DNA of 64,000 bases from Promethearchaeota archaeon (GCA_016840165.1 JAEOSU010000070.1:32001-96000), one strand, 5' to 3'; positions 10,133 through 20,162 are shown, numbered from the stretch's first letter. Numbers and translations: made by a program. Notes: a model not told the origin generated them from the letters alone.

Positions 10133-11428
10133 ATGGATCTAATTCTTTTAATATTCATTTTTATTATATTTGGAATCATATTAATTAGTTATTCCTCAAA
10201 AAATATAGATTTCGTTGCGATTTCTCTTTTAGGATGCTTTTTAGCGGGATTTATCACCGGTGTCGTGTACAATCTATCTTTTTGGGATTTTATTAATTTT
10301 ATAGAATTTGATGCAATTATTATTATTTTAAGTATGAGTATTATTACAAAGATTGCACAAGATTCAAATATTTTAGAATATTTGGCTGTTAAGCTCTTTA
10401 AAGTTTCAAAAGGTAATCGAAGAGTATTTCTTTATATGATTTGTTTTATCACCACGATTCTTGCGGCGATTATAAATGATGTGATTGTAGTATTGATTTT
10501 AGGTCCCGTGGTGATACGTTTATGTCGATTTTTAAAGATTAGATCCGGTACATATTTGCTGGGAATGACGATATGCATAAATATAGGTAGTATTATAACA
10601 CCTTTCTCAAGCGGAGAAAATATTATTATTTCTACTGCTTTTTCATTAGATACTGTCTATTTTATAACTAATTATTGGATTTTTTCATTTTTCCTCTTGT
10701 TTATTACTATCTATCTCATAGATAGATTTATTTTAAGAAAAGAACCCGCGATTGAAGAACAACAAAAGCAATTTGTTTTAGAACTAGTAAATACAGATGT
10801 AATGATCTCTAATCGCAAGATGTTCTATATAAATAGCATTGGAATCATAGTTACAATTGTACTTTTTGCTATTTTACCATTATTATACCTTACTGCGGCT
10901 TTCGCGGCTTTTACCTTAGCGTTAATTAACATTAAATTTACCAAAAAGAAAACAATTGACCTATTGAAAGATGTAGAATGGGAAATCATTTTTTTCTTTA
11001 TATCTTTATATGTAGTAATTGGATGTTTATTAGAAGCAGGCTTTGAAGAACTTTTTACAGGTATTCCTTTTGGGACATTAGATCCATTCATAGTAAGCTT
11101 TATTATTCTACTACTTGTAAGCTTAATTTCTGGTTTTGTTGCCAACACTCCAACAGCTTTGATTTTTATTCCTATTGTCTCATTATTAATTAATGAGGGA
11201 TTTCCCTCTGTTCCTTTATTTTTCGCATTTATAATAAGTATTAATCTCGGAGGCAATCTAATACCACAAGGAGCTGCTTGTGACATGATGACCTTAAAAA
11301 TCGCACAAAATAATGCTGTAGAAAATCTCAATTTCAAGCGCCTTTTAAAAGTAGGAGCCACATTTGCAATTATCCATGTTGGACTATCAATAGGTTATTT
11401 ATTTCTCTTAACATTATTCACAGGATAA
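10133..11428 (+). CDS. Second ArsB/NhaD (P-protein-like) permease
   Basis: Multi-TM; AIINDV, NIGSIITPFSSGENI, SGFVANTP, NLGGNLIPQG; 31 nt downstream of the MTase-ATP-grasp gene. Confidence 0.85.
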   Translation: MDLILLIFIFIIFGIILISYSSKNIDFVAISLLGCFLAGFITGVVYNLSFWDFINFIEFDAIIIILSMSIITKIAQDSNILEYLAVKLFKVSKGNRRVFLYMICFITTILAAIINDVIVVLILGPVVIRLCRFLKIRSGTYLLGMTICINIGSIITPFSSGENIIISTAFSLDTVYFITNYWIFSFFLLFITIYLIDRFILRKEPAIEEQQKQFVLELVNTDVMISNRKMFYINSIGIIVTIVLFAILPLLYLTAAFAAFTLALINIKFTKKKTIDLLKDVEWEIIFFFISLYVVIGCLLEAGFEELFTGIPFGTLDPFIVSFIILLLVSLISGFVANTPTALIFIPIVSLLINEGFPSVPLFFAFIISINLGGNLIPQGAACDMMTLKIAQNNAVENLNFKRLLKVGATFAIIHVGLSIGYLFLLTLFTG

Positions 11429-11438
11429 TGAAAGAGAT

Positions 11439-12635
11439 CTAACTTTTCTCTTCTTTAAGAGGAGAGAGTTTCCTTAATCGTTGGACAATGGGAGGAAGTT
11501 TTTCAAGAAAATAGTTAATCTCCTCTTCGGTAGTAAACCTACCCAAGGTAATTCTTAGCGAACCATGTGCATCTTGGGGTTTTAGTCCAATAGCGAGTAA
11601 TACGTGTGATGGTTCTAATGATTTCGAAGAACATGCAGAACCTGTAGATACTCCAATCCCTTCAAAGTCTAAATCTAATACCATTGATTCTCCTTCAATA
11701 TATTGAATCGAAACGTTCACATTATTTGGAAGGCGCTTTGTAGGATGTCCATTTAGGAAACAATGATCAATATTTTCAGTAAGGTTATGTATAATTTTAT
11801 CCCTTAGAGCAGTTAATCGCTTAATTTCTTCAGGCATTTCTTTTTTTGCTAAATCTAAAGCTTTCACAAAAGCAGATATTCCTGGTACATTAACAGTGCT
11901 CGGACGTAAGTCTCCCTCATGACCTCCACCATACATTAATGGTTGGATATATTTTCCTCTTCCTTCTCGAATGCCTTTATTTCGGATATACAACATACCC
12001 ACTCCTTTTGGACCATAAATTTTATGGGCGGAAGCAGATAATAAGTCAATATTTAACTTATTTACATCAATTGGTATTTTTCCTAATGCTTGAACAGCAT
12101 CGGTATGAAAAATAATATTATGCTCTTTAGCAATTGTTCCAATCTCTTTAATTGGCTCTATAGTTCCAATTTCATTATTAGCAAACATAATACTTATAAG
12201 AATCGTCTTATCAGTGATGGTATCTTCTAATTGCTTCGTATCGATTAATCCATATTTATCGACCGGCAAAAAAGTAATTTCGAAACCATTTTTCTCCAAA
12301 TATTCGCAAGGCTTCTCGATCGCATGATGCTCAATAGAGCTGGTGATAATATGATTACCATGCCTTCTATTCTTTAATGCCACTCCCATTATAGCTAAAT
12401 TATCTGATTCAGTACCTGAAGACGTGAAAAAAATATCATTCCGCTCTGCATTTATTAAAGAAGCAACAAGTTCACGTGATTCAACTAAACTTTTTGCAGC
12501 TTTTTGACCCATCGAGTGCAAACTCGAGGAATTGCCATAATATTCATTTATACTATTTTTGTAGACCTCTATAACCTGGGGATCCATAGGTGTAGTTGCC
12601 GCATAATCTAAATACACATATTTGGACTCATTCAC
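11439..12635 (-). CDS. iscS: Cysteine desulfurase IscS/NifS (group I)
   Basis: YLDYAATTP, TSSGTESDN, SAHKIYGPKG (PLP Lys), STGSACSS (catalytic Cys). Confidence 0.96.
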   Translation of the reverse strand: MNESKYVYLDYAATTPMDPQVIEVYKNSINEYYGNSSSLHSMGQKAAKSLVESRELVASLINAERNDIFFTSSGTESDNLAIMGVALKNRRHGNHIITSSIEHHAIEKPCEYLEKNGFEITFLPVDKYGLIDTKQLEDTITDKTILISIMFANNEIGTIEPIKEIGTIAKEHNIIFHTDAVQALGKIPIDVNKLNIDLLSASAHKIYGPKGVGMLYIRNKGIREGRGKYIQPLMYGGGHEGDLRPSTVNVPGISAFVKALDLAKKEMPEEIKRLTALRDKIIHNLTENIDHCFLNGHPTKRLPNNVNVSIQYIEGESMVLDLDFEGIGVSTGSACSSKSLEPSHVLLAIGLKPQDAHGSLRITLGRFTTEEEINYFLEKLPPIVQRLRKLSPLKEEKS

Positions 12636-12749
12636 GATTCATCACTATAAGTATTAATTAATATTAAATTCACTTATATTCTTAAAATTAATATTAGATT
12701 TTATATTGTTAATATAATTCTTATAAAAATATTTTAAAAGGGAAAACAT

Positions 12750-13304
12750 ATGTTTAAGCTCTTATGGGGAATTACAGGAACTGGATATGTATTAGATGAA
12801 TCTATTGCCCTCATGGAAGATTTACAGAGCAATCATGAGATAAATATCACGGTAATACTTTCAAAGGAAGGAGCCGCAGTGGTTAAATGGTATAAAAAAT
12901 GGTTAAAATTGACTGAAACAGTCAAGAAAGTATCCATCGAGAAAACACCTAATATTCCGTTTTATGCGGGACCGGCGCAGATTGGAAAGTTCGATTTTTT
13001 TCTCGTATGTCCAGTATCCGCGAATAGTGTTGCCAAGATAGTATATGGACTTGCTGATACGTTAATTACTAATTGTGTTGCCCAGGCGATTAAGGGAGGC
13101 CAAAAAGTATACATTTTTCCCTCAGACCAAGATACTGAACCAATTGTGACTACTAGACCTGATGGAAGCCCATTAGTATTAAAGATTCGAGATATCGAGT
13201 TAGAAAACATCAAACGATTAAATCAATTGGAAGGTATCCATGTAATTTCCAACTTTTCTGAGATTAAAGAGCTTATTTTAGATGCACTCAAAGTAAAAGA
13301 ATAA
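12750..13304 (+). CDS. afpA: Archaeoflavoprotein AfpA (HFCD-type flavoprotein)
   Basis: WGITGTG, CPVSANSVAKIVYGLADTLITN, IFPSD, RDIELEN. Confidence 0.82.
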   Translation: MFKLLWGITGTGYVLDESIALMEDLQSNHEINITVILSKEGAAVVKWYKKWLKLTETVKKVSIEKTPNIPFYAGPAQIGKFDFFLVCPVSANSVAKIVYGLADTLITNCVAQAIKGGQKVYIFPSDQDTEPIVTTRPDGSPLVLKIRDIELENIKRLNQLEGIHVISNFSEIKELILDALKVKE

Positions 13305-13306
13305 TC

Positions 13307-13334
13307 ACAGCATTGCTCAACATTAAAATGCTGT
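13307..13334. terminator. 8-bp perfect inverted repeat filling the gap between convergent afpA and ferredoxin genes
   Basis: ACAGCATT-N12-AATGCTGT; function as terminator or stability hairpin is inferred. Confidence 0.4.
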
Positions 13335-13336
13335 AC

Positions 13337-13867
13337 TCATGATTTATACATTACTGGTTTAATAGCACCCTCAGGGCATAATAACTCGCATTTCAAACAT
13401 CCTTGACATTTTGCTATTTCTTTAAACTTGTATCGAATTCCAGTAATTTCTTTATCTCCCTTATGAATTTTTCCTAAATAAAACAAGTTTTTCGGACAGA
13501 ATTTACCACTATCTTCTAAACAAATACCGCACATATTGCATAATTCATGGTCAACTTTAATAGAAACAACCTGTTCTGGAACTGTCACGGAGGTGACTTC
13601 AATTGCATTGCGAGGACAGACAAGAACACAATTCAAACATGCCTTGCATTTCGAATAATCTACTTTTCTAATACTATTTTCGAAATAGATGGCTTCTGCC
13701 TTACAAGCTTTAACACAACGTTCGCAATGTAGACATAACTCTTGATTTATCTGAACGGGAACAAACTTTTCCTTAAAAGTAATAACCTCCCATTTACTAA
13801 TCTGATTTAGAAAATAATTGATTAAAAATAAACTTAGATCTAATGTAATATAAATTAATAATATCAT
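13337..13867 (-). CDS. Polyferredoxin with four 4Fe-4S motifs; true start probably near 13783
   Basis: CLHCERCVKAC, CKACLNCVLVCP, CNMCGIC...FCP, CQGCLKCELLCP. The first ~27 codons look like AT-rich non-coding sequence, and GGAGGT lies near 13785-13790. Confidence 0.88.
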   Translation of the reverse strand: MILLIYITLDLSLFLINYFLNQISKWEVITFKEKFVPVQINQELCLHCERCVKACKAEAIYFENSIRKVDYSKCKACLNCVLVCPRNAIEVTSVTVPEQVVSIKVDHELCNMCGICLEDSGKFCPKNLFYLGKIHKGDKEITGIRYKFKEIAKCQGCLKCELLCPEGAIKPVMYKS

Positions 13868-13912
13868 TTGATAAAAAATAGGAAAAAAAAAAATTTGGGA
13901 TACTTACACAGA

Positions 13913-14716
13913 TTATTGAAAATATTGAGTATAGCGTTCTTTAGGTTCTTGGGGTAATTGTTGCTGTCTCTGATATTGCTGAGCTTTTTCAGCCAACTCT
14001 AACATCTTAGCTTTAATCTCCTTCCCTTCTTCTATGAGCTTAGAAGTTTCTATATTTAAACTATAAATTTGATTCAATACTTCAATAATAGAAGCAGCAC
14101 CTTCCGGGGTAGGGATCTCTAATACCGGAGTAAATAGGGCATAAGCTCTTAGCTTATTAGTTAGAGCTTCATTAAGGATTGTAGCTTCAGGGCCAACAAT
14201 AATTCCCTTGTCTACTTTTTCCAAACCGTATTGCTCCAATCTGCCCATCACTTCCTCTTCAGCAGCATAATAGACAGGATAATCATCAATAATCCCTCTT
14301 TGGGGGATTCCCTGAAAAATTAAGACCTCTTTAGCTTTCACATCTTCTGATAATAACCAATTAGTTATTGTTTTGCTTAGATCATTATATGCCGTGGAAA
14401 CTTGAAATGGAACTTCTACAATTCCCACTATTAGATTATGCTGAGGAGAGTAATATAATCTGAATGGATGCTTTAAGACTCCCTGATAAAAAACAGAAAT
14501 TGGAGGAAGATATTCAGAGGTCACGAACCCAATTTCTTTAATATCTGGGATCTGTTCAATTAAAGCATTAGCTACGATAGGTCCGATTAATCCCACACCA
14601 GCAAATCCTAGTATCATAGTGGCTCCCTCCTTTATTTCAGTTTGTAAATCTTCGATGATCAGAGTGCTTCTTTTACCCTTTTCGCAAATATATTCCTTTT
14701 TAACCATAATCAACAC
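13913..14716 (-). CDS. PAC2-family proteasome assembly chaperone (Pba-like)
   Basis: GFAGVGLIGPIVAN, LPPIS, HPFRLY, PTPEGA, LIEEGKEI; ends in YFQ. Confidence 0.88.
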   Translation of the reverse strand: MLIMVKKEYICEKGKRSTLIIEDLQTEIKEGATMILGFAGVGLIGPIVANALIEQIPDIKEIGFVTSEYLPPISVFYQGVLKHPFRLYYSPQHNLIVGIVEVPFQVSTAYNDLSKTITNWLLSEDVKAKEVLIFQGIPQRGIIDDYPVYYAAEEEVMGRLEQYGLEKVDKGIIVGPEATILNEALTNKLRAYALFTPVLEIPTPEGAASIIEVLNQIYSLNIETSKLIEEGKEIKAKMLELAEKAQQYQRQQQLPQEPKERYTQYFQ

Positions 14717-14922
14717 ATGTAATTAAATGAATTTTAGGATATCTATTTGATATAGATAAAAATTATTTTATTACTATACTTAGTGAATAATTCGCTATAA
14801 AATTTGATCTCTTATAAATATTCAATTTTATAACAGATATTAATAAAAATGATAAAATAAACTATTAAAAAATCAAAGAATTATAAATAATAGAATTATT
14901 CAATTATTTTAATAGGTGAAAA

Positions 14923-15720
14923 ATGCTTCTAGAACTTAGGAATGTAACTATTCCCACTGAAGACAAAAAATGTGTTATTGTAAACAATATTTCTTTCGGT
15001 ATTAAAGAAAAATCTATTCACGCTATAATTGGTCCAAATGGGTCAGGTAAAAGTACACTTGCTTACACCATTATGGGCTTAGAAAATTATAAGATAAGCC
15101 AAGGACAGATTTTGTTTGATGGGAAAGATATTTCTGATATGAATATCACCGAAAGGGCTAAATTAGGGATTACCTTAGCCTGGCAAGAACCTGCAAGAAT
15201 AGATGGTCTATCGGTATTGAAATATATTTCTTTAGGAATGAAAGATAAGTTAAATCTTGTAAAACAGGTAAGTGAAACTTTAAAAATTGTCAATTTAGAA
15301 CCAGAAAGATATATTAATCGAAAGATAGATGAATCCCTAAGTGGTGGTGAACGAAAACGTATAGAACTTGCTGCCGCAATCGCCATGAAACCACGATTAA
15401 TCATCCTTGATGAGCCAAGTGCTGGTTTGGACTTTATCGTTATCGAAGATTTTATGAATATCTTTGCGAAAATAAAAAAATTGGATATGACTGTACTTCT
15501 AATAACTCATCGTGAAGATGTGGGATTGGTAGCAGAATATGGTACTCTTCTTTGGCGAGGTGATCACATTATAACTGATGAATTTCCTAAAGTAATGCTT
15601 AGATATTGTGCTAAAGCAGGACTTCGAGAATTTTGTAAAAGAACTCTATATAAGAATGGTGCTGCTTGTTTTGACGAGGATTATATTGAAAGAATTTTTC
15701 GGGAGGAAAGTACATCATGA
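14923..15720 (+). CDS. sufC: SufC-like ABC ATPase of the minimal SMS Fe-S system
   Basis: GPNGSGKSTLA, LAWQEP, LSGGERKRIELA, LDEP, LITH; three Cys in the C-terminal tail; ATGA overlap with the sufB-like gene. Confidence 0.88.
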   Translation: MLLELRNVTIPTEDKKCVIVNNISFGIKEKSIHAIIGPNGSGKSTLAYTIMGLENYKISQGQILFDGKDISDMNITERAKLGITLAWQEPARIDGLSVLKYISLGMKDKLNLVKQVSETLKIVNLEPERYINRKIDESLSGGERKRIELAAAIAMKPRLIILDEPSAGLDFIVIEDFMNIFAKIKKLDMTVLLITHREDVGLVAEYGTLLWRGDHIITDEFPKVMLRYCAKAGLREFCKRTLYKNGAACFDEDYIERIFREESTS

Positions 15721-16679
15721 GTAAAACTGAATATCCTGAAGAAATCTTACAAAGTCTTGAAGATTATAACATTGATATTCGAGATTTCATGCCAGGTCAT
15801 GGAAAAGGTGCCAAATTACTACTTAATTTCAACAAAATTTCCGGAATAGAACAAGTTGAGGGAATAATCTTACAAGGAAAGGAAATTCCAAATGGAATTA
15901 TTGCTGATGTTATAATCAAAAAGGGAACTAAACATGAGGAACCAATACATCTTTGTTTTGGTGTAAATAAAGAGTCGGGAATCCAAGAGATTTTTCCAAG
16001 AATTATCGCTGAAGATAATACCGATGTTAAAATTCAAGCACATTGTAGTTTTCCAAATGCAGATGGATTGATTCACAAAATGTTCGGTCATTTCTATGTA
16101 GGAAATAATTGTAATTTCGAATATAGCGAGACTCATTATCATGGAGAGAAGAGTGGAGCATTAGTTGCTCCAGTAGGTTATATGTATATCGGTGAGAATA
16201 GCGTTTTTGTTAATAATTTTAATTTGACGAAAGGTACTCCAGGTCAGGTAAAAATTCTAATTGATATCTATGCTATGAAAAACAGTGTGATAAAGTCAAA
16301 TATTAGAGCGTTCGGAAAAAATAAACATGATTCAATACGAATTCGAGATTCTGTATTCCTTGAAGGTGAAAGGGCAAGAAGCATTATAAAAATGAAAGCT
16401 GCAGCACGAGATGGTGGTGAAGTCTTGATGTATGGTGTAACAGAAGGAAATGCACCATATACAAATGGACATGTGGAGTGCAGCGAAATTGTTTTGGGGC
16501 AAGGTTCGATCTGTAGGGCACGTCCATTTATTAGAGCTACAGATCCCACATCAAGTGTTTCCCATGAAGCTTCTTTAGGAAGATTCCCTCAAAAATGGTT
16601 GAATGAGTTACAAGCAAAAGGTTTGACCGAAGAAGAGGCCACCGATATCTTAATCCAAGCAATGTTAGGTGAAGAGTAA
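15717..16679 (+). CDS. sufB: SufB/SufD-family scaffold (SmsB-like)
   Basis: PIHLCFG, AHCSFPNA, ETHYHG, GHVECSEIV, SHEASLG, LQAKGLTEEEA. Confidence 0.88.
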   Translation: MSKTEYPEEILQSLEDYNIDIRDFMPGHGKGAKLLLNFNKISGIEQVEGIILQGKEIPNGIIADVIIKKGTKHEEPIHLCFGVNKESGIQEIFPRIIAEDNTDVKIQAHCSFPNADGLIHKMFGHFYVGNNCNFEYSETHYHGEKSGALVAPVGYMYIGENSVFVNNFNLTKGTPGQVKILIDIYAMKNSVIKSNIRAFGKNKHDSIRIRDSVFLEGERARSIIKMKAAARDGGEVLMYGVTEGNAPYTNGHVECSEIVLGQGSICRARPFIRATDPTSSVSHEASLGRFPQKWLNELQAKGLTEEEATDILIQAMLGEE

Positions 16680-16720
16680 TAATTAATTAAATTTTGATTA
16701 ATATTAAAAAAAAGGTTTGA

Positions 16721-17242
16721 ATGATGGCAAAAAAAAATATAAAATTAGGGGATAAAGCCCCATTGTTTAAAAAAGATTCATTTAATGCAGGAGTCATTGA
16801 TTTAGGAAAATTGATAGGGGAAAAGAAAATAATACTAATTTTCTCCCGATATTTTGGTTGCCCTATATGTCAACTTGATTTTAACATACTTCTTGAAAAT
16901 CTCCAGGAGATTTACGAAAAGGGGGCAAAACTCTTATATATTACTCAATCGGGTGATAAAGTAGCAAATGAATATATCAAGAAATATCAAATTGATTTTC
17001 CTGTTATATCCTCTATAAAAGAGGATTTATATGCTGAGTACGGCTTAGGGATGATGAGTGTACGTACTTTTTCCAAAGTTCGCGGAAAATTAAAAGAAGC
17101 TAAATCACAAGGAATAGAACATGGTGATTATGAAGGATGGGAAAAACAAGAACCAGGGCAGTTTGTAATAGATGAGAAAGGTACAATTATCCATGCACAA
17201 ACAGGATGGTTATACCTTCCAGGAATATTTGAAGTATTATAA
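16721..17242 (+). CDS. AhpC/TSA-type redoxin (peroxiredoxin-like 2 type)
   Basis: GDKAPLF, FSRYFGCPICQ, PGQFVIDEKG. Confidence 0.8.
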   Translation: MMAKKNIKLGDKAPLFKKDSFNAGVIDLGKLIGEKKIILIFSRYFGCPICQLDFNILLENLQEIYEKGAKLLYITQSGDKVANEYIKKYQIDFPVISSIKEDLYAEYGLGMMSVRTFSKVRGKLKEAKSQGIEHGDYEGWEKQEPGQFVIDEKGTIIHAQTGWLYLPGIFEVL

Positions 17243-17277
17243 ATAAAAATATTAAAGATTGATAGGAGCAATAAGAA

Positions 17278-17922
17278 ATGAGGGAGAACACAAAATATCA
17301 TGGTCATCTTTTTAATGGAAAAAGAGTTATTGATGAGATTCAGCCTTGGTTCGACTTTGGAACAGGAAAACCTTGGGATGATGCAGATATTCCTTGGGTT
17401 TTAGATAATAAAGTCCGTAGAGAGATTTTAATTATTCTTGCGAGTGGTCCTAAAAGCTTAAAAGAAATTCATGAAAAAACAAACTTTTCACCAAAACCAT
17501 TACTCATAGATACAGATCAATATACACCAACAGTACAGTATCAATGGAGTGAAGAAACAATTCAAAATCATTTGATGAATCTCGAATGGTATAAATTAAT
17601 AAAATCTGTTGATGATAAGTATGAATTAACGTTTCCAATTTTCAAATATCAAGATAGTAATCAATTAGATCAATATGCTCTTAAGTTCGCTGATTACTGG
17701 ATAAAAATTGTTTTAGATATGAAAAACGAATTCCAAAAATTTTATACCAACTTTGATCAACAACCAGAATTATTAGAGATTATTATTGATAAAGCTGTTA
17801 ATAAGCTTTATGAACTTTTGAAAGAACAAAAGATGCTTCCTAATGAATCTAATTTAAAAGCGTTATGGGCAGAACAAATTAGAGCTATCAAATTTGAAGA
17901 TTGGGTAAAAAAAGCGTTTTAA
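17278..17922 (+). CDS. ArsR-like winged-helix protein
   Basis: LDNKVRREILIILASGPKSLKEIHEK ... ETIQNHLMNLEWYKLI...KYELT, with an insertion between the HTH helices. Confidence 0.6.
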   Translation: MRENTKYHGHLFNGKRVIDEIQPWFDFGTGKPWDDADIPWVLDNKVRREILIILASGPKSLKEIHEKTNFSPKPLLIDTDQYTPTVQYQWSEETIQNHLMNLEWYKLIKSVDDKYELTFPIFKYQDSNQLDQYALKFADYWIKIVLDMKNEFQKFYTNFDQQPELLEIIIDKAVNKLYELLKEQKMLPNESNLKALWAEQIRAIKFEDWVKKAF

Positions 17923-18098
17923 AATTAAGTTTAATATAGAATTTTTTACATTTTCCTCTAATATTACCTGCATATCACTTAATTTCAAAAGAGAAACTCT
18001 TATGTTCTTATTATATATATGTGGATATTTCTCTACTATTATACACATATCCGCTTGTAGATTGAAGATTTCAAATAGTACTTAGGTATGAAATTATC

Positions 18099-18362
18099 AT
18101 GATAAGTTCTGATCTAAATGAATCGGAGTCAATTTTAAACTTAAAAGACTTATTTTATGAAATTGATGTTTCGGCAGAGATAAAGCAAAAGATTGAGAAT
18201 ATTCCAAGAAATTCAATTAACGAAAACATGAAATTGCTGCAGCAAATTCAATCAATCCTCCAAAAATGCGCCCATTTAACAGAAAAGCAAAAACTCTTAT
18301 ATTGTGAAAGCCAAAGATATTTTATGAAACTCTATCTACGTGATGTAAATCGTCAAAAATAA
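18099..18362 (+). CDS. Small hypothetical protein
   Basis: 87-aa ATG ORF filling an intergenic gap, AGGT upstream; no motif recognised. Confidence 0.5.
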   Translation: MISSDLNESESILNLKDLFYEIDVSAEIKQKIENIPRNSINENMKLLQQIQSILQKCAHLTEKQKLLYCESQRYFMKLYLRDVNRQK

Positions 18363-18410
18363 TTGTATTTTCTTCAATATTTCCTTTCTCTTTAAGTAAA
18401 AAACACTTTC

Positions 18411-20144
18411 TTATTGGTAGCGATTAATGATTTCCTTGATGACTAAAGCAATCAAATCTTTAGATTTTTTAATAGGATAAAAACTCATTTTCGTGAGTAA
18501 ATCTTTAAATTTGGCTTTAGGAATTTCAGAAGAACCAATGAAAAATCCTACAACATGGTGTCCTTGTTCTAATAATTTTAAAAATGTTTTTTTTGATGAA
18601 TTCCAGTTATATATTCCAAAATCTGTAATAATAAAGACTAAAACCTTCTGATTTGCTTTCTGACACTGTTTAGATATCTCATTAAGTGGCAACTGTGTTC
18701 CCCCTCCTTGATATCGCAATAAAATTTTTTCAGCATCTTTATAATTTGTGGTCCAATCACAAATATCGGCTTTATTAGAGAAATTAATTACACTAAATTT
18801 TATAGCTTTTTTAGCAACATAATGAAGAGCAGCAAAAGCAGCGATTAGTGCTGTATGATACGTTCCTTTCGGATGTTTAGATTTATAATTCCAATTCATA
18901 GAACCAGAAGAATCAAGTACAATTAGCAAATCCGGGATATCTTTTTCTCTCAAGCGGACTCCGCTTTCTCTTTTAATCCATTTCCTTGTGGTTATATTAG
19001 GAATAATGATAGGACTATTTAATAAGCTTTGAGTTATATCTAATGAGTCTATAGGATCCCCTAATCGCCAGGTTTCAGGGTAAATAGGCAACTCATCACC
19101 TTTTTGTTCTTCATAGATCTCAATTTCAATGAGATTTTTTGCTTGGCCTCGGTACCAAGTAGCTAAAGGATCTAAATTTAGAAGGATTCCTGCTTGATTT
19201 GCGGGGGCTCCGAATTCTGAATATGGAATCTCTTTTGCAAATTCCTCGGCTTTTTGTATCAGTTCATCTTCATTTTCGAATTTTAATTTATCAATATTCC
19301 TACTTTCAAGTGGATTGTCCATTATTTCAATAACATCTTCAGGTATATCTATTTCTAATCGTTCTTTTCCTGGGTGTTTTTTCCTAACAAAATGGTTCTT
19401 TTTCTTGAAGGTTTTACCCACTAAATTAAAATTTTCTACAATTAATGGTTTTAACAGTAAAGCAAGTTTAGATACCTTCTTTTCCCATAAAGATTCATCC
19501 TCGAATTTGGTGTTAATAATTTTTTCTGCTTTTTCCGCAAGTGAATTTAAGTTCTTAACAACTTGAGATTTAGCATCTATTATTCTAATACTTAGTAGCC
19601 TTTCATAAACTTGAAATAAAAAGAGAGAAAAAGTGCTTATATGGTTATCATTAGCGTCTAAAATATGTTTATAGGTTGTTTTTAATTCCCATGATATGAG
19701 TTGAGGATATCTTATATGTAATTTTTTATCAATAATCAAATCGGCAAATATATTAACTACTATTGGCGCAAAAACTTCATTAACGTGCTTCATTGCAGCA
19801 TTTAATAATTTTGCATTAATTAAACCATCATAGGGAATAATCTGATAATGCGATACCTCATGAAGAGTTATGGCATGAAAATAATTAATGTAATCATGAT
19901 TATCTGTAAATAAAGGTGAGTTTGCTAGATTCATAGTAATTTGCCATTTATGGGCGGGATCAATATAAAATCCTTCTTTATTGGAATATTCAAAGACATA
20001 ATTAGGTTCACTTAAAGGGGGATAATAAAGATCTCTCATCGTTTTATTCCATGCTTCTTGAGCAAATTGGAGGAGTCTTTTTTCTTTTATAGTTAATTTT
20101 AGTTCCTTTTTTTTTATAGAATCTGACTTCTTTATTTCTGACAT
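18411..20144 (-). CDS. VWA-domain protein with N-terminal HExxH metallopeptidase-like domain
   Basis: LHEVSH and N..AD.II in the N-half; MIDAS DSSGSM, GGGT, ITDFG in the C-half. Confidence 0.85.
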   Translation of the reverse strand: MSEIKKSDSIKKKELKLTIKEKRLLQFAQEAWNKTMRDLYYPPLSEPNYVFEYSNKEGFYIDPAHKWQITMNLANSPLFTDNHDYINYFHAITLHEVSHYQIIPYDGLINAKLLNAAMKHVNEVFAPIVVNIFADLIIDKKLHIRYPQLISWELKTTYKHILDANDNHISTFSLFLFQVYERLLSIRIIDAKSQVVKNLNSLAEKAEKIINTKFEDESLWEKKVSKLALLLKPLIVENFNLVGKTFKKKNHFVRKKHPGKERLEIDIPEDVIEIMDNPLESRNIDKLKFENEDELIQKAEEFAKEIPYSEFGAPANQAGILLNLDPLATWYRGQAKNLIEIEIYEEQKGDELPIYPETWRLGDPIDSLDITQSLLNSPIIIPNITTRKWIKRESGVRLREKDIPDLLIVLDSSGSMNWNYKSKHPKGTYHTALIAAFAALHYVAKKAIKFSVINFSNKADICDWTTNYKDAEKILLRYQGGGTQLPLNEISKQCQKANQKVLVFIITDFGIYNWNSSKKTFLKLLEQGHHVVGFFIGSSEIPKAKFKDLLTKMSFYPIKKSKDLIALVIKEIINRYQ

Positions 20145-20162
20145 ATTATAAGTTTAATTAAT

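Noticed and set aside
5252-11428. Arsenic-resistance cluster (ArsB + ArsM) or peptidoglycan ddl
   Set aside because: The methyltransferase lacks a recognisable ArsM Cys arrangement, the permeases look P-protein-like, no arsC/arsR is adjacent, and no mur genes are present.
13303-13340. SECIS-like AUGA...hairpin...GA on the minus strand at the ferredoxin stop
   Set aside because: The GA quartet is out of register by two nucleotides, the helix is short, the UGA is the gene's own stop, and no Cys-aligned in-frame TGA was found. The redoxin at 16721 also has plain CPIC.
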